From positions 1-64,000 of IMG/VR virus record IMGVR_UViG_3300033463_004353: a DNA stretch of 64,000 nucleotides, one strand, 5' to 3'. The notes below the pieces were generated by a model, which was not told the origin of the DNA, made no database searches, and worked only from the letters and a program-made list of their open reading frames with translations. Made by a program: the position numbers and the translations under genes. Origin of the DNA: a virus. Its lineage: Duplodnaviria > Caudoviricetes. Within the stretch, counting starts at the first letter, position 1; the number at the start of each line of letters is the position of its first letter. Positions 31,286-38,177 of this stretch are shown piece after piece.

Positions 31286-31588
31286 ATGAAAACAATCAAA
31301 GAGTTAGTTGACAATGATCTTGCAAGCACAAGCACCCAATTGACAGAAGAACTGACTTATGACAAAATAATTGAGAAGCTAGTTGAAGCACGTGACAACA
31401 ATGTGCCAATTGATGAAGGGCTGTTTGGCTCTATATTTGGCGGCATAGTAGGTGCAACAGCTGGACCAGCTATCATGAAAGCAGTCTGCAAAGCACTAGG
31501 CATTGATGAGCGTGGAGCATTAGGCACTCTAATGACATCAAAGCTGATATTGTCATCTATGGGAATCACATTGGGCTGGAAGATGTGA
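31286..31588 (+). CDS. Late protein with Gly-rich amphipathic C-terminus
   Basis: IDEGLFGSIFGGIVGATAGPAI; TTATTTTTAA at 31256-31265. Confidence 0.7.
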   Translation: MKTIKELVDNDLASTSTQLTEELTYDKIIEKLVEARDNNVPIDEGLFGSIFGGIVGATAGPAIMKAVCKALGIDERGALGTLMTSKLILSSMGITLGWKM

Positions 31589-31702
31589 TCATCACACAAT
31601 AGAAGATTTTTATTATTATATAACAAAAGAAACCACTAGATGTCAATAGATAGCTATTGATGATAGTTCTTTGGATCAAATATACCAAATAAAAAAGCAA
31701 AT

Positions 31703-33004
31703 ATGAACATAAAATTACTTAAAGACCTGGATTTTGCTAGCAAGCTGAATAGTTGCAATGCTGTCACAGAAGCAGGTAAAGAGATTGTGAAAAACTACAA
31801 GGCTTATTTGTTCTCAAATCCAGCAACTTGTGGTATTGTCAATGGCTTCATCCAAGAAGCACAAAAATATAGCTTTGATGCAGGTCTTGTTAGTGTTTTA
31901 GAGTCTGTATTAGGTTTTATCAAAGAAAACAACATATCATGGCAACTTGCAAGTGCATGTGAGTCTATTGAGAGCAGCAAGTCAACATACAGCTACATTG
32001 CTAAGACAGGGATTGAGCAAGTTGGCAAGCTCCTTGAGATGGATGAGTCACAAGTTGTGTCTTACATAAAGTCAGGTGCATTGAAGGGTGTGCAATACAT
32101 ACCAGAGTTCCGCAATGTATGCAAGCAAGTATTCAAGTCAACTATAGTTGAAGCTTCAGCTCCTAACTACACTGTTGTCAACCCAATCTCATATGTGCAT
32201 GAGAATGCAGAGAATGGTGACAAGTACTTCAGCATTGCCAATCGCACTTTCAAGATCACCAAGGACAACCAGAAGGTTGTTGAAGCTATCTGTGACGATG
32301 TGAAGTTCAGGAACATCAATGCTCTCTTAGAGTCATTCGCAAATGATGAAGGCACACTCTCATATGAGTGGAAGTCTGGATTTGACCAGTGCAAAGTCAC
32401 TATCAAGGAGAATGGAGAGTCAGGTGAGTACAGCTTAGAGTTCACACGTGGTGCTAACATTGATGAGAAGTTCGATGAAGCATCTAAGTTCATTGAGTAC
32501 TGCGACACATTGTCTCGTGCTTTGCCAATGAATGAGAAGATGCAGTTCATGAACATAACATCAGCAATATCTCAAGTGTTTGAGGCAATGGATCATGTGT
32601 TTGTGATGGATTGTGCTAAGCTGATGAAGACATCTCTTGGTGTGTCTTGTGTGATCATTGAAGCTAATGATAATGTTGAGGTGTCTGTCCTGAACTCTGT
32701 CCACCATGGCAGCTACACTAAGAGCTTTGACTACATGGTTGAAGGCTTGAAAGAGGTGACAGCTGTGACAGGAATTGACTTGAAGTACTTGTATGAGAAC
32801 CGTATAAATGAGGACTTGAAGAAGCAGAAGCCAGAAGAGTATGAGAAGATACAGCAGCAGCTAAATGAGACAAAGGAAGCTGAGATGAATGCAAGGAAGA
32901 AGAAGATTGCTATGCTTGCAGAGCAATACAAGAATGACCCATCTATCATCGCAGTCCTCAACCAAGCAGCTCGTGACTTAGCTTTGCTAGAAGACAAAGA
33001 ATGA
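31703..33004 (+). CDS. Late protein, possibly head/scaffold-related, with coiled-coil C-terminus
   Basis: 433-aa ORF followed by a terminator; function is inferred from context only. Confidence 0.6.
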   Translation: MNIKLLKDLDFASKLNSCNAVTEAGKEIVKNYKAYLFSNPATCGIVNGFIQEAQKYSFDAGLVSVLESVLGFIKENNISWQLASACESIESSKSTYSYIAKTGIEQVGKLLEMDESQVVSYIKSGALKGVQYIPEFRNVCKQVFKSTIVEASAPNYTVVNPISYVHENAENGDKYFSIANRTFKITKDNQKVVEAICDDVKFRNINALLESFANDEGTLSYEWKSGFDQCKVTIKENGESGEYSLEFTRGANIDEKFDEASKFIEYCDTLSRALPMNEKMQFMNITSAISQVFEAMDHVFVMDCAKLMKTSLGVSCVIIEANDNVEVSVLNSVHHGSYTKSFDYMVEGLKEVTAVTGIDLKYLYENRINEDLKKQKPEEYEKIQQQLNETKEAEMNARKKKIAMLAEQYKNDPSIIAVLNQAARDLALLEDKE

Positions 33005-33026
33005 TACGCTCTATCATATAATGAAC

Positions 33027-33062
33027 AAAAGAGAGACATCTTGAGATGCCTCTCTTTTTTTT
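33027..33062. terminator. Bidirectional intrinsic terminator
   Basis: AAAAGAGAGaCATC-TTGA-GATGcCTCTCTTTT(T) between convergent genes. Confidence 0.85.
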
Positions 33063-33077
33063 GTTGTCTAGCCAAGC

Positions 33078-33485
33078 TTAGTGGATGCTCTTCTCCACCC
33101 AGCTGCAGACTTTGTTGTTCTCTGCATAGTCATTAGTGTCATAGAAGTCTCCATTCTTAGTCACAAGCACATGCCCACACACATGGACAACACACACTTT
33201 GCTCTTGTTAGATCTAGCAAACTGCTTGACTGTTGGCTTCATACCACGGCCAAAGCTTTGCCTAGTGAATCCATGGTCCTCAAGCACCTTGTATATCACA
33301 TCAGTGTCATTCATCACTGTAAACATCTTGAGTCCCTTTTCAGCTAATAGCTTGTATGCATCACTCCAAGATATGCCAAGTGCACAAGACACCGCACGGA
33401 CAGCGCAATCTGGCTTGCGCCAATTCCTTGGTGATCCATCTCTCTTGTTCTTGTACTGAGGGTTTGAGTTGAATTGCTTGAACAT
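33078..33485 (-). CDS. Phage protein with papain/C39-like Cys-His-Asp pattern
   Basis: PDCAVRA...GHVLVTKNGDFYDT; paralog of 40062..40691. Confidence 0.65.
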   Translation of the reverse strand: MFKQFNSNPQYKNKRDGSPRNWRKPDCAVRAVSCALGISWSDAYKLLAEKGLKMFTVMNDTDVIYKVLEDHGFTRQSFGRGMKPTVKQFARSNKSKVCVVHVCGHVLVTKNGDFYDTNDYAENNKVCSWVEKSIH

Positions 33486-33536
33486 AGTTGTCTCTATTTA
33501 ATTACACAGCAAACATAGCAATCCATCTATAGAAAT

Positions 33537-34523
33537 TCAAAGCCAGACTGAGTTCTTGCCAAACTCTTCATCATCATTTGCCTTGTGAGCCACTTGGTAG
33601 TTGAACAGCTTCATCTTGTCACAGCTCTTCCATTCACTGTAGCTCACATACCCAAGTATGCTGCCAATGAACACCGATGGGTCTTCTGAATACTCATGTA
33701 TCTCCTTGCACACTGAGTCAAGCTCTTCTTCTGTTGGGTTGCCAAGCTTCATCGCACCATCAAGCTCATGGTAGTGCTTTGACTCTAGCTCTCTCTCACG
33801 ATACCTCTTCACTTGTATTGTGATGAACTTGCCCATCTTCTCATAAGACTTGTCATGGTTGCCATATGTGCACAGCTTGTGGTTTGTTGGCATGTCTTCT
33901 GGCACACACTTGTACCATCCATGAGTGTAGCTCTTGATGTGAGACAAGTAGTCTTCACCAACAGACATCCAGTATGAGTTGAGTATGTTCCCAATCATCC
34001 AGTCATCACACTTGTCTAAGTACAATGCAACCTTGCCATTGTTGAGCAGCAAGCTGACTACCTTCTTTGGCATCAGCAAGCCATTGCCACGACCATACAA
34101 GTACAATGGGTAAGGGCAGAAGCTGTTGCTTAGTGAGTACAACTCAGATGCCCACAGTGTAGTGTCATCATCTAGTGTCTCAACAAACCTTGACAAGAGC
34201 TTCAAGTTTACATATGTTGATGTGTTTGTGCGAAATACATAGTCATAGTCTCCAAACAGCTTTTCTACGGCATTCAGTGCATACCAAGTCTTCTTGTATG
34301 TGTGGTTGGTGTCATCTTCACACCTCAGCTCTAGGTGGTGCTGGTCTTTAGAGTAAGTGTGCTTCACTGCATCTGGTGATGCATCATAGAAGCACCAGTC
34401 AAACATCTCATATCCATCCTCATGGTCAACCAATGGCTTGAGCCATGTCTCCCTTATGTCTTGCTCTTCTTTCTTGAAGAACTCATCCTTGCAGGACATC
34501 ACCAGGATTATTATTCTTTTCAT
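33537..34523 (-). CDS. Glycosyltransferase, GT31/galactosyltransferase-like (GT-A)
   Basis: IRETW, YDYVFRTNTSTYVNL, GNGLLM and CDDWMIG motifs; the DxD motif is degenerate. Confidence 0.65.
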   Translation of the reverse strand: MKRIIILVMSCKDEFFKKEEQDIRETWLKPLVDHEDGYEMFDWCFYDASPDAVKHTYSKDQHHLELRCEDDTNHTYKKTWYALNAVEKLFGDYDYVFRTNTSTYVNLKLLSRFVETLDDDTTLWASELYSLSNSFCPYPLYLYGRGNGLLMPKKVVSLLLNNGKVALYLDKCDDWMIGNILNSYWMSVGEDYLSHIKSYTHGWYKCVPEDMPTNHKLCTYGNHDKSYEKMGKFITIQVKRYRERELESKHYHELDGAMKLGNPTEEELDSVCKEIHEYSEDPSVFIGSILGYVSYSEWKSCDKMKLFNYQVAHKANDDEEFGKNSVWL

Positions 34524-34554
34524 TTGTATATATCTTTATTCTTTTGTCTTTTTT

Positions 34555-34590
34555 CGCGTCCTGGAGTCACCAGGCGCTCCCTGGCGGCGA
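34555..34590. other. GC/CpG-rich intergenic hairpin containing three CCWGG sites
   Basis: CGCGTCCTGGAGTCACCAGGCGCTCCCTGGCGGCGA. Confidence 0.6.
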
Positions 34591-34592
34591 AT

Positions 34593-35201
34593 TTACAGCA
34601 TGCTTGGTATATGCATTTCCCTTATGTAAGATGCAATCCAAAATGAGTCTGCCAGGTCATCAACTTTCTTTATTGCAGAGAGCTTACTGAAGAGTGACAA
34701 GAACATCTTTGACAGTATTTCCTTTGATGCTGTGCCATTGCCAGAGGCAAACTTCTTGACTTCAGATGGTGTGAGTATGTGCAGTGACATCTTGCCATTG
34801 CTCTTGTCAGCTATCTCTAGTATCTTGCACCTAATGACTGCAGAGAGCATAGCTAAGTCTACTATAGAGTTTGTTGATGTTGATCCAAATGACACCCCTT
34901 CCATTGCTATGTAGGTCTCTTCACCACCCTTAGCACTCTCAGTGACTATGCTAGATATTATGTTTGATATCTCAATGTGATTCTTCAGCTTCTTCATCTC
35001 TGATGTTGTGTAGCTGTCACCATTGTCTCTCTCAAGCTTCTGATACACTATGCATCTCATGCAGCTGATGCTATCTGCTGCTATAGCTTCTCTCTTTGTG
35101 AGTGGCTTTGACTTCACTAAGTAGAATCTTGTATTGTCACCATCTATCACTGTCACACCAGTGCTGTTCACCGACTGGTCAATCCCAATGTATATGCTCA
35201 T
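34593..35201 (-). CDS. ruvC: RuvC-like Holliday junction resolvase
   Basis: IGIDQS, AMEG, PSEVKKFASGNG.ASK and DDLADS motifs. Confidence 0.85.
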   Translation of the reverse strand: MSIYIGIDQSVNSTGVTVIDGDNTRFYLVKSKPLTKREAIAADSISCMRCIVYQKLERDNGDSYTTSEMKKLKNHIEISNIISSIVTESAKGGEETYIAMEGVSFGSTSTNSIVDLAMLSAVIRCKILEIADKSNGKMSLHILTPSEVKKFASGNGTASKEILSKMFLSLFSKLSAIKKVDDLADSFWIASYIREMHIPSML

Positions 35202-35248
35202 TGCAGAGGAATCAATTCATTTTTGCATCTTTATATAAAATAGAAAAT

Positions 35249-35277
35249 CCTAGCAAGCTGGTTCACAATCTGCTAGG
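35249..35277 (-). terminator. Probable terminator hairpin overlapping the next promoter
   Basis: CCTAGCA...TGCTAGG stem, followed by ATTTT on the - strand. Confidence 0.5.
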
Positions 35278-35310
35278 ACTTGTTTGTGGTTGTTGGTGTG
35301 TCAGATATCT

Positions 35311-35676
35311 TCACTGTATCTTTGCACCATATTTCATCATCCACATGTCTGCCGAGTTCCTTGACTTCACTGGGCCAAACCTGTATATGTTGTAGAACAC
35401 TTTCTCAAGCTTCTTGTGGAATGAGTTGTACTTTGACTCAGGCCATGTGTAGGCATCCATCCATCCTCGACGCTTCACTATAGACATCAAGTGCTTCTCT
35501 GAAGTGACATCAACACCAACATCAATGAGCATTGCATACACAAGTGACTTGCACAAGTGTGAGATGACAAAGTCAATCTCCTCATCATTGTACTGTGAGC
35601 TCATCAAGTCTTCTATAGGTATTATCGTGTGCTTGCTAAGCTTCTTCATGATCATTTTGGTCTTGGTAGAAGACAT
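35311..35676 (-). CDS. Hypothetical protein
   Basis: 121-aa ORF, start uncertain. Confidence 0.6.
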   Translation of the reverse strand: MSSTKTKMIMKKLSKHTIIPIEDLMSSQYNDEEIDFVISHLCKSLVYAMLIDVGVDVTSEKHLMSIVKRRGWMDAYTWPESKYNSFHKKLEKVFYNIYRFGPVKSRNSADMWMMKYGAKIQ

Positions 35677-35986
35677 CTAGCCCATATATCTTTGCAGTTG
35701 CTAGCTCACAGTTGCACCCAAGAGATGGATTCCAACCACTAGCCATGAATATAGCATCACACCTAAGCAACTCACGGATGTCTTCACCCATGTACCATGC
35801 ATAGTCATGCTCACGCTCACTTTTGATGCCATTGTCATCAAACTGATCTATGTTGATAGGGCCAACTATCTCATATCCACTAAGCTCTTCTCTTGACTTT
35901 ATAGCATCCATTGTTTCTCGCCATCGCCTAGCAACAGAGTCTTCTGCTATTGCAATAGGCAAGCTCACATACATCTTCTTGCTCAT
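35636..35986 (-). CDS. DUF4406 / nucleoside 2-deoxyribosyltransferase-like protein
   Basis: MYVSLPI, YMGEDIRELLRCDAIFMASGW..S.GC..E pattern. Confidence 0.8.
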   Translation of the reverse strand: MSKKMYVSLPIAIAEDSVARRWRETMDAIKSREELSGYEIVGPINIDQFDDNGIKSEREHDYAWYMGEDIRELLRCDAIFMASGWNPSLGCNCELATAKIYGLDVFYQDQNDHEEA

Positions 35987-36378
35987 AGCTCTTCAATCTC
36001 TTCTGCTTTTGGGACTTCCATGAACCAACCAACATTGCATGGTGCTACTTCAGCACCAGTCTTGTAGTTAGAGAAGCACTCATTCATCTCTTCCCAAGTG
36101 AATGTGCCATTGTATGCATTGCCACTGGCATCAAACAAGAAGCATTCATCCATGTCATTTGGGAAGAATTCACCAAACTTCTTGAAGATCTTCTTAGACA
36201 CCATCCTCTCTGGTATGTGCTTGTACAAGCAAGATGTGCTCATTATGTCATAAGACACATCATCTGGTTGCTCAAAAGTGCCATATTCATCAACGATGTA
36301 CACTTCTCCTGTTGCCTTGATGCCATCACACTCAAACTTGACTGCATCTCCAACATTGAATCTTGGGTTGCCTTTCAT
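35983..36378 (-). CDS. Hypothetical protein with SH3/KOW-like N-terminus
   Basis: PRFNVGDAVKF...GEVYIVD. Confidence 0.6.
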   Translation of the reverse strand: MKGNPRFNVGDAVKFECDGIKATGEVYIVDEYGTFEQPDDVSYDIMSTSCLYKHIPERMVSKKIFKKFGEFFPNDMDECFLFDASGNAYNGTFTWEEMNECFSNYKTGAEVAPCNVGWFMEVPKAEEIEEL

Positions 36379-36401
36379 ATCATCTCATCCAGTTAGTTTT
36401 C

Positions 36402-36563
36402 TCACTTTCCATAAAGCTTGCGCTTGTAGTGCCTTGCAAGGTCTTTGTACTTGCTGATGCTCTCTGCCATCTTCTCATACTCTGCTTCCTCTAAGACAAC
36501 AAAGTTATAATGCTCTAAGATCTTCTTGCAAGCTTTAGCTATTAAGCCCTTCATCTTTTGCAT
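36402..36563 (-). CDS. Small basic protein (53 aa), not in ORF track
   Basis: MQKMKGLIAKACKKILEHYNFVVLEEAEYEKMAESISKYKDLARHYKRKLYGK. Confidence 0.6.
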   Translation of the reverse strand: MQKMKGLIAKACKKILEHYNFVVLEEAEYEKMAESISKYKDLARHYKRKLYGK

Positions 36564-36580
36564 TCTTTTTTCTGAAAATA

Positions 36581-36939
36581 AAGCTAGCTGTGCTGGCTTG
36601 CACTAACAAGTAGCCTTGTATTAGCCAAAGCCAAAGGCAAAGACCTCAATCTTGCCAAAGCCAAAGACAAAGGCATAGACAATACCGTGGTGAAAGAGGA
36701 TTATCCATGCTTTTCAGTAGTGATTCGCTAATCACCAATGCATGTATCCAAAGTCACCAAGTGCTTGCTATGGAAGTAAGTTGTTGTGTCAAGATTGAGC
36801 CAAACTCTCTGTTGTAGATGCACGATTTCCATCATGCATTGATACTTGGTTTGCTATGTTGGCTATTCTCTAGTGCAACTCAAGAGCTCTCTCAGGTAAT
36901 TTCATGCAAGAGCCCACAACCAGCAACAGTCACTAGCTT
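36581..36939 (-). ncRNA. Candidate large structured non-coding RNA (~360 nt) with paired termini
   Basis: 19-bp bulged terminal stem (36917-36939 with 36581-36600); 10-bp long-range helix; GGAA-capped 9-bp hairpin; twin 21-nt repeats; no credible ORF on the - strand. Confidence 0.65.
36624..36674 (-). repeat. Two 21-nt direct repeats of (CTTTGN)x3 separated by a 9-nt spacer
   Basis: - strand: GCCTTTGTCTTTGGCTTTGGC AAGATTGAG GTCTTTGCCTTTGGCTTTGGC. Confidence 0.9.
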
Positions 36940-36946
36940 GTCATTT

Positions 36947-37831
36947 TCATATGCTGTTTATCAAGTCATAAGTTGGCTTGAGCTTGTCTGGTATGATGAT
37001 CCTCAAAGCAATAGCATCTGACTTCTTCTTGCTGAGCTCAGCAAGATACTCATCATACATCTTCTTGTTGTTCATATGGTAGTCATTGACAGCTTTCAAG
37101 TACTTCTCATTGATTTCATTAGTCCTCTTGCTGATTTCTGACTTTATCTCAAACTTCATCTTGTTGAGCTCACTCTCATACTCACGATGCTTGTTGTGCA
37201 GCTTGAAGAAGATTTCATCAAGCTCTTCAATGCGAATAGATGGTGTCATGTCATAGACAACTATTGTGTCATTCATCGTCTCAACACGAGATGGGTAGTA
37301 TTGTGAGTCAATTATCTCTTTCCTTGCTTCTGACAATGGGCTGTTCTGGTGGATAACTTTCCCAATCACTGAGCACTTTGTCTCAAGTGAGTAGTACTTC
37401 AGTCGCTTGTCAGCATCCCACTCTCTTACGATATCTTCTTCAGTTGGTGATTGATCAGCATTTGGATATCCATTGTCTTCATATCCATGCTCTTTCAAGA
37501 ACTTCTCATAAGTGTAGTTCTCTTCAATCTTAGAGTACATCATCTCTTTGGCTTTGATAGCTTCTCTTAGCCAAGCAATCAGAGTCTTCACTTCATAGAT
37601 TGTCTTGATGTGCTTCTCATGTATCTCATGCAAAGAAGCCAAGCTTGAGCCATTCTTCACTTTCTTCTTAGTGCCATTGATTTCAACTGTCTCATCTATG
37701 AAGCTCAGCTTTGAGATCTTCAGCTCAATGTTCGATATGTATTCTTTAGCCTTTGATGCAACAGAGTCAGCACTTGTAGAAGTGAGGCCTTCTTTGCCAA
37801 AGAAAACTAAGTCATTGTAGAAATTTTTCAT
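36947..37831 (-). CDS. Uncharacterised coiled-coil protein directly upstream of the candidate ncRNA
   Basis: 294 aa; motifs FFG.EGLTSTSA and LIAWLREAIKAKE; own promoter motif at 37863-37874. Confidence 0.85.
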   Translation of the reverse strand: MKNFYNDLVFFGKEGLTSTSADSVASKAKEYISNIELKISKLSFIDETVEINGTKKKVKNGSSLASLHEIHEKHIKTIYEVKTLIAWLREAIKAKEMMYSKIEENYTYEKFLKEHGYEDNGYPNADQSPTEEDIVREWDADKRLKYYSLETKCSVIGKVIHQNSPLSEARKEIIDSQYYPSRVETMNDTIVVYDMTPSIRIEELDEIFFKLHNKHREYESELNKMKFEIKSEISKRTNEINEKYLKAVNDYHMNNKKMYDEYLAELSKKKSDAIALRIIIPDKLKPTYDLINSI

Positions 37832-37862
37832 GTTATGTGCAATTCATTCTTTTTTCACTAAT

Positions 37863-37874
37863 TAAAATAGAAAC
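37863..37874 (-). promoter_or_regulatory. Putative early/middle promoter (GTTT|TTGA)CTAT(T/A/G)TT (representative site)
   Basis: Also at 1312, 3998, 5022, 8429, 10461, 11778, 18080, 24703, 33511, 35236, 40048, 41675, 46162, 54491 and 55578 (all - strand). Confidence 0.7.
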
Positions 37875-37919
37875 TGCCATTTATCTGATTCAACATCATG
37901 CCAAGCAGTGTGTGTATGT

Positions 37920-38171
37920 CTAGTCTCTGGAGGATTGGCAACCATATTCATCATTCTCTCTATAGAACTCACAACTTTGGTCTGCAAATTCCTTCATTGC
38001 ACCAACCACTACCCTCTCATTGTATCCTATAGTGACAAGCAACCCAACTATGGCATTGAGTATCTCATCAAGTGAAAAGTCACTATGTGGGATCTCCCAA
38101 GATGACTTCATGTCATAGTTCTCAATGGTTATCTTTGTTATGCTCTTCTCATCATTCTTAAAGTATGCCAT
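37920..38171 (-). CDS. Hypothetical protein
   Basis: 83-aa ORF. Confidence 0.6.
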   Translation of the reverse strand: MAYFKNDEKSITKITIENYDMKSSWEIPHSDFSLDEILNAIVGLLVTIGYNERVVVGAMKEFADQSCEFYRENDEYGCQSSRD

Positions 38172-38177
38172 ATATAG

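Noticed and set aside
36624-36674. Mini-CRISPR or type III toxin-antitoxin repeat array
   Set aside because: There are only two 21-nt units with a 9-nt spacer, no cas genes, and the repeats lie downstream rather than upstream of the gene. The upstream protein shows no ToxN/CptN/TenpN-like features that I can recognise.
36818-37021. 67-aa + strand ORF overlapping the candidate ncRNA
   Set aside because: It is antisense to the local transcription direction, overlaps the 294-aa gene and has no + strand promoter motif. The RNA-structure explanation fits better.
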